From Haplodiscus bocki (lineage: Eukaryota), in contig OZ296649.1 of the NCBI GenBank assembly GCA_965655095.1, forward strand, positions 93,000,001 to 93,064,000: 64,000 nt of DNA. The letters are read 5' to 3'. Each line of letters starts with the position of its first letter. The first letter of the stretch is position 1. Below are positions 12,530 to 27,899 of this stretch, one piece after another. The translations under genes were made by a program, and so were the position numbers. The notes under the pieces are model-generated. The model saw only the letters and a list, made by a program, of their open reading frames with translations, ran no database searches and was not told the DNA's origin.

Positions 12530-15500
12530 GTGAGTACTTCAGTTTTCCACCTAAAAAAAATCTTTTGAAACTCTCACCGAAACAAATAATTCTGTTCTCG
12601 TCTCGATTAGATCAAATTCTTCACTAATGTACCTGGAATACAATTTAAAAAGTTCTCTTGCAGTAATTTCTTTGAGTTTTGACTCCATCAATTGCTTTCG
12701 TGTTTTGTTCTAAACAAATTTCTGTTACATTATCAAATAGTAACCTCCAGCAGCATTGATTCGATCAAATCTTTTAGCATTGCACGCTAAAAAAATTTGA
12801 ATGACATTACTAATAGAAAGTTCCTTTAGTATTGAATTGACCAAACTCTTACGTATTGTTCCCTATTTTCCTTCGATCTCATGAGCTTCCTAAGCTTACG
12901 GTACAAAAACTCATTTTCGATTTGATCGAAATATTTGAGATTGTACTTTGAAAACAGTGTATTATACTCCCTGTAGGTAATTTTAACGCCCTTTGATCAA
13001 ATGTTTTGCTACTGTACATTAAAGTAAATTGTATTACACTACACTATTGTAAGTTCCAATAGTATTGTGTTGAATAAACACCTGATTGTCGTACATTAAA
13101 GTAAAATATAATCATTACCTCAACTTGATTACAAAAGATTTGGTTTAGTCAAATCAATTGGTATTGTATTCCAAAAAATTTTGTAGTACAAAACCCTATA
13201 AAAAAATCACCTGGCATTGTATTGATCAAATAACTTGGAATCGTACCCTAAAAACTTTTAATATCACCATTAAATGAAATCCCCGGAACCTGATTAGATC
13301 AAACCCCTCAGTTTTTTTACCACAAAACCCTTTCTCTTAAATTCAACCACAGTGAAGACTTTGAGAAGTGATTTAACCAAGTCGTATAGTTTTGCGCCTT
13401 ATAGTAATTATAGTAATTTGTTATACATTACCCTGATAAACTTTTTTGTCTGACCAAGCCTTTCGGGTTTGACCTTGAAATCACTTATGGAACGTTCGTT
13501 AGAGAAACATTTCAATATTCATTTGATCCAATCCTTTGGCATTGTACCCTGATTTACTTTGTATCAACTTAAGCCGTGGTCGAAACTTTTGGTGTTGATT
13601 TGGTCATTTTTTTCAGTTTTGTAGCACAAAAGACTTAAGGGCCTTGTAATACAGTACCGTTTTGTTATTTCTATGAAAACAGTGTTGTTCAAACAGTTTA
13701 TTTTTCGACCCTTACAAAATTTTCTGAAACTATAGCCTAAAGTAAAAAACGTTAGCTTGGAATTGATCAAGTCTTTTATATTTGTACCCTAAAACAGTAA
13801 ATTTAGTTAACTATAGTAAGATTTCTTACTTTTATTCTGATCAAACCATTCACTATTGTATCTCAAAAAAACACAATACCTCTACGTATAACCTTCTAGT
13901 ATTGATTAGATCAAGTGCATCGCTGTTGGCCGCTTCATAACTTTCTAATACCTCACCTTGTAGTTTATTCTCTTGGTTTGGACTCGATCAATTACTTTTG
14001 TGTTTTCTCCTTTATTAATTCTATCACTTTAATCTGCGGTAAATTCCTTCAGCAGCTATGTGATGAATTTTGTTGGTAATGTGCCCGAAAACATTTTCTA
14101 TTAGGTGACCTCAATAAAGATTCACTTCTTTTTGGTTTAACAGAATCCTTTGGAATTGTACCTTGAAATCACCTGTAGGATTATCAATGTACAAATGCCC
14201 TTTCAATACAAGTGTTCCCTGGTGTTGTACTATCTTGCACCATTTTGAAAACCTTTGATGTTGATTTGAGCAAAGTTTCGGTATTGTAACAAAAAAGACT
14301 GGAAGACCTTGTAAAGCAGTACCCTGTTGCAATTTCCATGAGTACAGTGTTGCTCGAAGTTTCTAGTCGTAGACCCTTATTGAACTTTGAATTATATTAA
14401 TTCGAAAAACCTTTGGCTTTGAATTGATGAAGTCTTTTGATTTTGTACCCTGAAACATTTTGTAGTTCAGAAAACAAAAGTAAAAGCTTTTTGTTGTGTT
14501 ATGGTCAAATCCTGAAGCATTGTACCGCCAAAAAAACTAAAAAACAATAAGATAACGTTTAGTCTTTGAACATTGAAGAAATCAATTGCATCACTATTGT
14601 GCTTTTAAAAACTTTGTAACACAAAACTTAAAAGTGTTTTCTTTTCGTTTTGAATTGTTCAGTTACTATGGCGGTTTTTCTCACAAAACATTACGTCATC
14701 TTACCGTGTAGTGAAATCCTTTAGCAGTGGTTTAAAAAACTTATGTGTTATAGTTTAAAACACTTTGTATTAATCTGACCAGAAAAAAACCTTTTTTTCA
14801 TTTTCATCAAACTTTTTGGTATTGTACTTTGAAATCAACCGTGTTGCAATCTCTGTAAAAAATTTAGTTTTGATTTTATCAAATTTCTTGTTTTTTTACC
14901 CTAGTTACTTTGTTTTAAAATAACCTCTAACGAAAACGTTCACTATTGGTTAATCAAGTCATTCAATTTTGTACCCAACTTTCTGAATTACTTGTTTTAC
15001 GGCTTCCTATTGTTTCTTTCAATAGTACTGTGTTAATCACGTCCTTTACTCTTGGACCTTGAAAAAAAAGCTCTGTTTTCTGTTACCCTCAAGTAGTTAC
15101 TTTCATTTTCGAAGGAATCAATTCTTTTTTTGTTGAATTACACTTTGAATTACAGTAGCCTTTAATAATTTCCTTCAACTTTCTTTTGATCAAATCCTTC
15201 AGTATTGTATCGTAAGTACTTTGACTCACATTACCTTGAATAAGAATCTTATAATACTGATCCGATTAACTCCATCGCTAATCAATACAAGTAAACATTG
15301 TCATACATTACCATATATTAAATTCCCTAAGCATTGACTTTAGTATTTATTTTGGTGTTTCTTCACACAAACCTCTGTGTTAAATTAGAGTTTTTAAACT
15401 CTATTAGCACTGCCTTGATCAAACGCTTTGGTGAAGTACCATAATTTAGTTTGTATCACCCTACCGTAGAGTATGTCACCTAAGTTATGATTTGATCAAA

Positions 15501-18500
15501 TACTTTAGTTTTCAAAAGTAAAACAATTTGACTTTCAATAATTAAAGTCAAAACTTCCAATATTTTTTTGATGTACTACTCTAATACACATTCCTTTACC
15601 ATTGATTCATTCATGTCATTTTGTTTTGTACCTTAGGATACAACTTTTCTCTTTACCCTACATTAAAATACTTTAGTACTGATCAGATGTACTTCACCGC
15701 AAATGTACCTTACAAAAAAATGTAAAACAATACCTTGTATTAGTTTCTCTCAGGTCTTATTTTACCAATTACTATAGTGTTTTATCCTTTTGAGCTTTGT
15801 GTTATAACACTTTGTAGTACTTTCTCTCAACACTGATTCGATAAAAATCTTTTTGTATTGCAACCTACAACAATTAGTGTTACAATAATGCATAAAACAT
15901 TCGCTTGTTCTTGATTTGACTGAACCCTTTAAAATTGTGTTTTGAAATCGTTTGTGAAATTTACAACGTAAAAAAATCTTTCAGTTTTGAATTGATCGAT
16001 CTTATGGTTTTGTACCGTTTTCTACTTCGTCTTATTTTACCCCATAGTGTAAACTTTTGGTGTTCAGTAGAACAAAAAACTCAGTACTGTAACGCAAAAA
16101 AACTAGAAAACTTTGTGTTACGAGATTCACTTTTAAGTTCAACTCACACCGTATTGATCAATTCTACTACTCTTAAGCCTAAACTAGAATTCTATTACCT
16201 TAATTTATTTTATTTTTCTTTGATTACGAGTGAATCGATTTCTTTCTTGTTGAACCCTTTAACACTTTCAAAAACTATATCCTAGAGTAAACTCCTTTAA
16301 TTTTAATTCGATCAAATCTTTCATTTTTGTAACCTGAAAAATTTGATTTACATTACCCTGAAACAAAATCTTTTACTATTGATTAGTTCAAACCCATCAC
16401 TTTTGTAAACGGAGTTTTTTAAAAAAATTGACCTGAAAGCTTTTCCCATGACTTTGACCTGATCACCTACTATGCTGTTTCTTTACGTAACATTGTGTTA
16501 CATTACCCTCCAGTTATTTAGTCTAGTAATGTTTCAATAAAACACTTTGGTAATGCACCAAAAGCTTTCGATAATTTTACTGTAGAGTAAAATCCTCCGA
16601 GATTGATTAGAAGAAAGTCATCGTGATTGTACCCGAAACTACTTTGGAATAAGTTAAATGATGAAATATTCGTTTAGTTTTGGCATGATCAAAAACATTG
16701 ATGTTTCGCGCATAAAACGGAGAGTAACTTTACCAAGTAGGAGTTTCCTTTAGCAATGGTTTGATCAAACTACTTTGGTATTGTACGCTAAAATACTTTG
16801 TTCTACATTATTGTTATTCGAATTCAAATATTTCTGTTTCAACAGATATCCTCAGTTTCCTGTCGTAAAAATTTTTTGTGTTACAATCAAAAAAAATATT
16901 TGACTTTTAGTGCTCAATATGATCAGATCTTTCACTTTTGTACCCTAAAATTTTTAGTGTTGGGTTGACCTAAAATAACTCTTTTTACTATTGATTCGAT
17001 CAAATCCTTTAGTGATATACCCTAAGAAAGCTTGAATCACTTTATCTTAAAGTAAACTTCTTCTTGTTTGATAAGCTGAGAGCCATCGTGATTGTACCTT
17101 AAAATGCTTTGCAATAAATTATTTCCAACATATTCTTTCAGTTTGGACATGATCAAAATTTTTAGTTTTTTGTCTTACAATATTATGAGATACCTGAACA
17201 AGTAGTAGCTTCCTTTCGCATTAGTTTTATCAAACACTTCAATATTGTATCCTAATAAAAGTGCGTTTTACAAAACCGTATGATAAAATATTTTCTTTGT
17301 GATTTGATCAAATCGCTTCTCCTTCCACCACAATGAACTTTATTTTACATTGACTAAAGTAAACACTTGTTGTATAGATTCGATCAAACCTTTTGTTGTT
17401 CAACACTGGAACAATTCCGTATAACAGTACCCTCACCCAAAAACATTGTTTGTTTTTCATCTCAGGGAAATCTTTTGTTTCTGTACGTCATAAGACTCTG
17501 TAAATTTTTCCCTGCAAAAATATGAAATTTTATTGAGTTCATGAAATCCTTCGGTAATGTACAATGAAAAATTTTGTATTAAAAAACCAACAGCGTATCC
17601 CTTCACTAAAACGTTGATCAAATCAAAAAAACATTGAAATACATTCCCACATTGATTTTTGTCAGAATTGATTGGATCAATTACTTTAGCGTTTTGACCT
17701 AAAACACTTTGTGAATCAAAAAACGATAGCTAAAACTTTTATTATTGATTTGATGCCTTTTTTTGGTTTTTCTGACTGAAAATTTGTAAGACGTCACCGT
17801 ACAGTTGATTCCGTTCTTTATTATTTGAGCGACACCTTTGCGAAAGTACCATTAAAGTTTTTGTTTAACATACCCTCCAGCATTTTCTTATCATTATGAT
17901 TCGACTGAATAATTTGGTGTTGCACCTGAAAACGGTCCTTGTTACCCTAAATGTTGGTAGATTTTTGAGTTTTCATTCTATAATTTTTCTGCTATTTCAA
18001 CTGAAACCTTTGGTGTTACCTTACCGTACAGGCATATCCGTCAGTATTGGTTGGATGATACCCTTAACTAATTTAACCTACAACATTTTGTAGTACAGTA
18101 CCATATAGTTGTTTCCTCACTACAAGTTTTATCAACTTTTCCGGTTTTTGACCTTGAAATACATCAAAAAGAAACATCGTGTACTATATTTTTTGGTATG
18201 GACTCGCTCGAATAATTTTGTCTTGCACCCTAAAAAATACAATTCGTTAACTGATAGTAAGTACATTCCTTGGGTAATCATCAAAAATTTCAGTTAGGTA
18301 CCCTAAAAAGCATCGTTTTACCTTCTCTACGAAGTTTTTCAAATGTTTTGATCTAATCTTTCAGTTTTCCGCCTTAAGATACATTCGAAACCATTTCTTG
18401 ATGTAAATTGCTTTCAAATTTGAGTTGATAAAGCCATTTACTTTTGTGTTCTATGAAATTGACTTTTGCCTAACCCTATGGTAAACGCCATGTGTTTTTT

Positions 18501-21500
18501 TGTGAAAAGCTTTGAACACTGTACGCAAAACACTTTATAATACAATACCTTATGTCAAATGGTTTTATTATTGACTTCGTCACAAACTTCTGTATTGTGT
18601 ATTGTTTTCTAGAACACTTTCTAATAAATTGGCTCATGGTAAAGGAAGTGTAACTTTGAACTGAGAACATGCCCTTCTATTGTTCCCCAGTAATCTTTGT
18701 TGTAGACTAACCATTGAATAACGCTTCTGTGAACATCCGCTCAAATCTTTTTGTTCTATACCCCAAAATGCTTTTACTATAATACCCTAAAATAGGTTCA
18801 TTTCTGATGGATTCATCAAATCATTCGGGTATGTTCCTTTAGCTAAATGGTTTTACAGTACCTTATAGCAAAGTCCTTAGGCATTGATTTGATCATAGTT
18901 TTAGTTCTGCAACTTCAATATCTCCTAATTGCAAAAACTTGAAACAAAACCAAGTAGGATTGATTCAATCCAATGCTTTCACATTTTACCCAACAAACTT
19001 TGTATTAGTGTGCCCTGTAGAAAGAGTTCATCAAACTCTTTAGTGTTTTCAACTTTAACAAAATGTATTAAAGTGCCGGCTTTCAATTCCGTTTTTTCGA
19101 CTTGACCGGCGTTTTAGTATTTTTTACTTGAAAAAAATCTTGCCATTTTACCCTGAAATGAACTCCGCCATTACTGACTTCATCGAACCCTTTACTCTTG
19201 TGGCCCAGAACACTTTGTATGACTTAGCTCCATTTTATATGTCCTCTTCTACACATGAAAACTACTAGACTTGTACTTTAAAATACCATGAACTACCCTA
19301 CACTTTTGAACGCTCTTTTAGTAGTCAAGCGATTGAATCCATAAATTTTGTCCTGTTAGAAAAATCTACATTAAAGTTTTAAAGTTTTTGAAACTTTTAT
19401 TGATCAAATAATTATGTTTTCTATTCTGGCTGATTGTTCATTACAGTACAGTATAGAGAAAACAATTTTTTCTAATTTGGTTATAAGCTCTAGTTGTGTA
19501 CCCTAAAGAAGTGCGTATGTCAATACTGTTTGCAAATTCTTTTATTAGTGACTTGATCAAAACCTCTTGTACTGGAAAATAAAGCACTACGTATCACAAA
19601 AATCGTCAGTAAGATCCCTTAAGAAATTATTCGATCAAATCACTTATTTCTGTCCACTAGAACACTTTGAAATACATTAGCCATTGGTTTTTTCTTCAAT
19701 ATTGATTCGGTCATTTCTTCAAAAATGTACTTTTAAACACTTTCCGTTAAAATACCGCATAGTAAGAACCGTACTGATTCGATAAAAAAAGTTCTATATT
19801 GTGCCCTAAAAAACATTGTAATACAGAATCATAGATTAGGTTACCTTAGTTTTGTTTTGAGCAACATCTCCAGTATTATACCTCAAGAAACGAAGTATCG
19901 TAGTAAACACTAGTTGATTTTTTTTCATCTTTCATCTAAAAATTCATCTAAAAGATACTTCTGTCTTTCAGTATTGATTTGATCAAATCCTTTGGTATTG
20001 TACCTAAATGTACAGCGTATTACATTACCCGATAATAATTTGGTTTTCTACTATTTTATCGAATACCTTTACTGTAAAAAACTTTTTCTTACATTCCCCA
20101 ATAAAAGGACTCTTGAGGTTTGATGGGATCAAAACATCAGTTAGTTGGAACCTAAAAAACAAATTATCGCAGTACCCTCAAATACTTTTTTTCGAGATGG
20201 TTTGATCAAAAATTTTAGTATAATATCTTCAAATACTTTGCTTTACAATACTTCTTTCCCACAAATTTTTCTACTCATTCGACGAAATATTTTGTAACGA
20301 ACAGTACAAGATTTTTGTTTGTATTACCTCATCGTAGAACATTGTAGTGCAGATTTGAATGATACCATGGGTGTTTTACATTGAAAGGGTAACACTAAAA
20401 ACCTACAGTAGTTTGTTTTAATTTCGCTCGGTTATTTCTCCGCTTACAAAACTCTCTAGTAGAATACAACAGTGTTGCTTAGCTCATAGCATCTATTGTT
20501 GTAGCCTGAACAGTCACGTCGCACAAAACATTTCTTAAAATAAAAAACCTTGGAAGTCATATGATGAAACTTTCAGCTACCGTACCCTGAAACACTTTGA
20601 AAAACGAAACATTATAGTAAAGTCCTTCAGTATTGAGTTAATACAATCCGTTGGTCTTGTACACTAGAATGCTTAGAACACAAAAGCCAACAGTAGTTTG
20701 TTTTTGTACTGACTTGGTCACTTTTTCAAGTATCGTATTTCTAAATTTATCAATATAAAGTATCGGTTACACACTTTCCCCAGTTTTACAATGATCAAAT
20801 CATTTGGTATTGTGCTCTAAAACACATTGTTTTCTATCATTCTTTTTTATATTCTGCCTTGTCTTCTTCAGAATTCTCAGTATTGGATCCAGAAGAATCT
20901 TGAAATATTGTACGTTATAGTGAAGACATTCCTTATTGATTTTGCCAAATCCTTTGTTCTGTGACCTAAAACTTTCTGTACTACAAACAATTAGTAAACT
21001 CCCTTAGTGCTGATTTGATCAAATATTTTAATACTGTAAAATGAAACGTTTTGATATATATCACACTTCAGTAAACTCCTTTAGTACTGATTCGATCAAA
21101 TACTCAGGTTTCGTACCTTTTAAAAACTTGTTTTAGATTACCGATTGGAAAAATTCCATTGAAATCCTTTGATCAAACATTTTGGAATTGTGCTCTGAGA
21201 AACATTTTTGTAAGACGCTTTCGAGAAAACTTTTTTGTTTCCCTCAAATCCTTAACTAGTATTCCAACCCGAAGATCGTTGGAATACCAGACAAAATGGT
21301 AATGTCCTTCAGTTTTGATTTGATCGCATTCTTTTCTTCTGCAACCCAAGCCTAACTGAAGGACACTACAGTACATAAACTTTTATCAGTCCTCATTGGT
21401 TTGTAACTTCTCATATTGTCTACCCTAAAAGAACTACTATCACGACAACCTTTTTTTCTTTTAGTATTGACTTGATCAATTTGTTTATTTCATTACCAAA

Positions 21501-24500
21501 ATTTGCATTTTAATTCACTATCTTTTTTTGAAAATTTCTCAAAAATGATTTGCCCAATCCACTTTGTTTGGGACCCTAGAAAACCTTGTTTTATTTTACA
21601 ACATGGCAAATTTTTTTGGTTTTCATTTGGGAAAATGCTTAAAATTGTAACTCAGAAAATTCTGTGGAACAATACAAAAAAGTGAATTCCTTCAAGTTTT
21701 TTTCCCAACAAAGCCTCCATTATTATACCCTGAGACACATTGAAAATGAAAACATCATTCTAAATTCCTTCAGTATTGATTTGATCAAGTCCCCTACAGT
21801 CGTACCGTAAAAAATTTTATGATACATTATTTTCTTAGAAATTTGATTTGTTTTGCTTAGATCCGAAAAGTAATTTCTGTACTCCAAATAATTTCTATTA
21901 CAATACACCAAGAAAAGTCCCTGAGGGTTTGATTTGATCATAACGTTTGTTAATGTATGCTGAAAAACCTAAAATCGCAGTATTTGTAACTAACTTCTTT
22001 GGAAATGGTTCGATCAAATCATTTATTACTGTACCTTAAAGTACTTTGCGTTACAAAATTTCGTTCGAATACCTTTTAGTTTTTGTTTAAATAATTTCTT
22101 GTAATGAACCGTTCAAATCCTTTGATTGTTTTGCCCTAACGTAAGAACTTCTAATGCAGATTTGAATAAAATTATGGGTGTTGTTCACTAAAACGATAAT
22201 AACCCATTAAGCTAAACTAATTTGCTTCAAAAATGGTCCGATCAAATACTAAAACGTTGTGCTCTAATATATTTCCGATCACAATACCCTCTAGTAAGAC
22301 AATATAGTGTTGCTTTGCTTATAGTGTCTGAAGTTGTACCCTGAACCAATACGTGGTACAATTTTTTTTAGGAAAGTAAAAATCATTGGAAATGATCTGA
22401 TAAAATTTTCAGCTACCGCATCCTGAAACACTTTGAAGGACCATACTTTGCTGTAAAGTTCGTCAGTATTGATGTGGTCCCATTCTTTAACAGAGTACCC
22501 TAAAATTTGCGGATCACAATAGCCCATAGTATTTAATTTTGTACTGATTTGGTCAAGTATTGTAAATCTAGATACATCCTTTTAGATTAACGGTCACCGA
22601 CTTTCCATAGCTCTACATTGATCAATCCATTTGGTATTGGGCTGTCAAACACATTATTTTGTATCATTCTATTTTATATTCTTGTTTGCTTTCTTCAAAC
22701 TTTTCAATGTTAGAACCAGAAGGATCTTGTAAAACTAAACAATATAGCGAAGACGTTCAGTTTTCTTTTCCGCAGAATCTTTCGTTCTGTGACCTAAAAC
22801 ATTTTGTACTCCTGTAGAAATAATAAATTCCTTCAGTACTGACTTGATCAAATATTCAGTGCTGTATAGTTAAGCATTATGTAATGAAAAAACCCATAGT
22901 TAAATCCCTAAAAACTGAAAAGTTCAAACACTCAAGTTTCAAACCCTTTTAACAAATGTTTTAGATTACCGATTGGAAAATTTGCCTAAAAATCAATCGA
23001 TCAAACCTCTTGGTATATTGTGCTCTAAAACACTTAAAGTTCTATCATCTCTTACGGAACACCTTTCTTCGTTTCTTTCAAATCCTGCAATAGTATTGCA
23101 ATCTGAAGGACTTTGAAAAATCATACGACATTGTCGTTTCCTTCAGTTTTGATGTAATCATATTTCCTTGTTCTGTAACCTAAAACAAAATCAAAGACAC
23201 CAAAATACAGTAAACTCAATTAGTGCCAAGTTGTTTGAAACCTTTGACACTGTATACAAAAACAATTTGTATCACCCCACTCTTTAAATTTTTCCTTTCT
23301 TATTAATTTCACCTCTTTCTTTAGTTCATTACCAAAAAATGCATTTTAGTTCGATAACTTACTTTATTCTTTTTCGAAAATGATTTGCCTAATCCGTTCT
23401 GTCTGGTACCCTAAAAAAACATTGTTTCAATTTACACGATGATAATTCCTTTGATTTTGGTTTGATCAAATCCTTCAAACCGTAACCCAGTTATTCTGTG
23501 AATCAATAAAAGGGATTGACTTCCATAAGCATTGATTCAATCAAATACTTCAATTTTGTACCCTTAGACACATTGAAATTGAAAAACCTCATCCCAACCT
23601 CATTCAGTATTCCTTTGATCAAGTCACTTGCTATTGTCCCGTAACAAATTTCATGATACGTTACTCTCTAGTATCATCGTTTTGTTTCAATTTGCTCTAA
23701 TAACTAAATTCTCTACCTCCAACTACTTTATGTTAAATTACACTGTAGTAACACTCTTGGGTTTTGAATTGATCGTAAAATCTGTTATAGGACGATCAAA
23801 AACGACATATCGCATCACCCTTAACAATTTTCCTTGGAACTTGTTTGATCAAACTTGTTAGTACTGTACCTTAAAATAATTTGCGCTATAGTTCCTCGTT
23901 CCAAAAACGTTTGGTATTCATTTGATGAAGTATTTTGTAATCATCATTACAAGGCTTTTGATTGTATTGCACTATCGTAAAATCTTCCGGTGCAGATTTG
24001 AAGGAAACTGTAGTTGTTGTACGGTCAAAGAAACAGTGACACATCAACCTATAAAACTTTGCTTTAATAAAATTGCGATCAAATACCAAATTCTTGTGCT
24101 TGAATATATTTTCGATCACAATACGCTCCAGTATGGAACTATAATGTTACTTTGCTCATAGCATCTAAGATTGTACTCTGAACCACTACATGGTACAAAA
24201 CATTTTAGTATAGAAAAACTCAAAGGAATAAATCTGGTCAAGTTCTCAGCCAGCGTACCGTAAAACAATTTGGAAAAAGATTTTCCCAGCAACGTTTTTC
24301 AGTATTGATTTGATCTAATCCTTTAGCAGTTTACCCTAAAATGTTTTGAACACAGAGGCCTATAGTGAAAAATTTTAGCAATGATTTGATCAAGTTTCCA
24401 AATATCAGTCATCTGAATATATCATTTCAGGTTACCGATTACAGACTTTCCCTAGTTTTACTTTGATGGAACCGTTTGTTTTGTGCTCTAAACAACATTG

Positions 24501-27500
24501 TTTTGTATCAGTTTTTTTAAATTCTGCCTTGCTTCCTTCAAAATTCTCAGTATTAGAACCAAAGGAATCTTGCAATACTGTAAATTAAATGGAAGACATT
24601 CGAAATTGATTTTAGCATTTTTTTCTGTTCTTTGACCTAAAACGATTTGTACTAGAGTAGAGCTAGTAACATATTCCAGTAGTGAATCGATCCATTATTT
24701 AGTACTGTTCATTAGAACATTTGCTAATAGAATAACCAATCGCAAACTCCCCTGGTACTGAATTGATCAAAAAATCAGGTTTCGTGGCTTTTCAAAAAGT
24801 GTTTCAGATTACTGATTGGGTAATCTCTTCAGAAATCAATCGATCAAACCTATTGGTATTGTGCTTCGAGAAACAATAAGTTTTGTCATCCTTTTGGAAA
24901 CACTTTTGTGTTTCCTTCAAACCCTGCAGTAGTAGTGTAACCTAAAGGACATTGGAATACCATACAAAATGGTTATGTCCTTCAATTATCATTTGATCAC
25001 ATTCTATCGTTCGGTAACCCAAGCCTTAATGATAGACACATCAATACAGTAACTTCTATTAGCCCTATTTGTTTATAACCTCTGATAATTGACACCAAAA
25101 CATTCTGTATCAAAGCACTCTTTATTTCTCTCTTTCAGTAGTGATTTAACCATTATATTTATATTGTTACCAGAAACTGCCTTTCATTCCAAAAACTCAG
25201 CTCTGTTTTTTTCAAAAGCGGTTTATTCAATCCGTTTACTTTGGTACCCTAAAACACCTTCTTTCAGTTTACAACATGTTAATACCCTTTAGTTTTGAAT
25301 TGTTAAAAACATTCAATATTGTAACCCAGGATATTTTGTGAAATAATACAATAGAGTAAATTCCATAGACATTGATTCGATCAAATCCTTCATTTCTGTA
25401 CACTGAGACACGTTGAAATTGAAAATCTTATTCTTGTTTCCATCAGTATTGGTTTGATCAAGTCCCTTACTTTCGTACCATAGGAAATTTTATGATAAGT
25501 TACCTTTTAGTAATTTTGTTTTCTTCTCTTTTGCCCCAATACCTAACTTCTGTACTCCAAAAGACTTTATGTTACAATACAAAAAATAGGACCCCTGAGT
25601 TTTGATTTGATCATAACATCTGTGTTTGTGAGCTAAAAATCTAATTTTTGCAGTAGTTTTAACTGAATTCTTTAGAAAAGGTTTGATCAAATCTTTTAGT
25701 ACTGTACCCTATAATAATTTGCGCTGTAATACCTCGTTCGAGAAACTTTTAGTACTTATTTGACGAAAGATTTGGTAATCAACCCTACAAATGATTTGAT
25801 TGTATTGACCTATTGTAATAATTTCTGTTGCAGATTTGAAGGAAATCGTGGGTGTTGTTCACTAAAAAGGTTGTAACACAAAAACCTGTAGTTATTTGCT
25901 TTAACATTGTTCCCATCAAAAACCAAAACTTGTGCTCTAATTTAATTTCGATTACAAGACCTTCTAGTAAGATACTAAATTGTTGCTTTGCTCAAAGCAT
26001 TTAATGTTGTACCCTGAACTATTGCCTGGTACATAACGTTTAAGTATAGTTAAAATCATTGGAAGTGATTCGATGAAATTTGAACTTACCGTACCCTGAA
26101 ACACTTTGACTTTCAATACTTTGTAGAAACGTTTTTCAGTATTGATTTACTCCAGTGTTTTAGCAGTGTATCGTACAAAGCTCAGAATAGAGAAGCCTCG
26201 AGAAAATTGTTTTAGTATTGATTTGATAATACTTTCAAGTATCGTACTATTGAATTTATCATTTTAGATTACCGATTACAGACTTTCTCTAGTTTTATGA
26301 CTTTCTCAAATTTTTGATTGTATTGCGTTTTTGTGAAACCTTCCAGTGCAAATTTGAAAGAAATAGTTGTTGTTGTAAAATGAAAGGATTGTAATCTTTT
26401 AACCTATAGTGATCTGCTTTAAAACTGTTACGAACATCTACCGATTTTTCGTATTTTGAAAACATTTCGATTACAACACCTTCTATTAAGATACTATAGT
26501 GTTGATTTGCCCATAGCATCTAATACTTTACCTTGAACTACTACGTGGCACACAACATTTTAGTAATGTAAAAGTACTTGGAAAAGATCTAATGACGTTT
26601 TCCCCCACCGCACCTCAAACACTTGGGAAAACAATTTTTATAGTAAATTCCAGTAGTTATTTGATTCAATCCTCTAGCAGTGTACCATAAATTGTTTAGA
26701 ACACAAAAACCTCTCGTAGTTTGTTTTTGTACTGAATTCATCAAATACTCAAGTATCGTGAATTTATTTGTATGAGCGTAGAATACCGTTTACAGACTTT
26801 CCTTAATTTTACGTTAATCAAACCATTATGTTTCGCGCTCTAAAACGCATCGTCTTGTATCACACCTTTTAATATATTTTTGTTTTTTTTTCAAAAGTCT
26901 CACTTTTGGAAAAATTAAAAAACTCTATAGTATATTGAAGAAGTGAAGACATTCAGTATTGATTTTATTACCATCTTTTGTTCGGTCACCAGGAACATTT
27001 TGTACTCTTGTAATATTATTAAATTTCTTCATTACTGGTCTGATCAAACTTTTTGGTACTGTAAAATGAAAGAATTTCTAAAACAATGACTTATAGCAAA
27101 ACACCCATAGTACTGAATTGATCAAATACGTACCTTTCGTATCTTGTTAAACCTTGTTTTACATTACTGATTGGACAGGTTCTCTATAAAAAATATGTTC
27201 ACAAATTTTGGGTTTGTGCTCTGAAAAATTCTACATTTTATCACCTTTTCTCAATTGGTTTCTTGTTTCTTTCAAACCCTTCAGCGCTCTTGCAACCTGA
27301 AGGACTTTGGAAAACAAGAAAACATGGTAATGTCTTTCAGTTTTAATTTAATCTCAATCTCAAGTTCTGTAACCAGAAGCAATTTGAAAGACACTAGAAA
27401 ACAGTCATTTCTGTTAGTACCAAATTGAACAGAACCTCTAATATAATATTGCACCCGGTTTTACTTTGTATGACAATACCAGCATTTTTTCCCTTTAGTA

Positions 27501-27890
27501 TTAACTTCATGAATTTCTTTAGTTTTTTACCATAAATTTTTTTTTTCGAAACCTTACTTTGAAATTTTTTCAAATATGATTTGTTCAATCCTTTCTCTTT
27601 GGCATCCCATAACACTTCGTTCTAATTTACGCCATTGTAAAATCCTTTCGTTTTCATGTGGTAAATTATTTCAGTATTGTAACAAGATGACTTTGTAGAA
27701 CAAAGCAAGGGAATGATTACCTTCAACATTGATTTCATCAAAAACTTCATTTTTGTACCCTGAGACACATTGGATGTTAGGACACCATAGCGATCCCCTT
27801 CAGTATTTATTTAATCAAGTCTCTTGCTATTTTACCGTAATAATCATTATAATACTTTAACCTCTTGCTTTTTTCGTTTTGTAAAGTTTT
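12530..27890 (+). repeat. Degenerate ~76-bp satellite; ~1.83-1.84-kb higher-order repeat from ~20150
   Basis: By-eye consensus CCTTTAGTATTGATTTGATCAAATCCTTTGGTATTGTACCCTAAAACACTTTGTATTACAATACCCTATAGTAAATT. GATCAAA spacing is 77 at 21017/21094/21171. HOR marker variants at ~20763, 22590, 24433, 26270 (plus a partial duplication at 26785). Confidence 0.88.
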
Positions 27891-27899
27891 GCTCGTACG

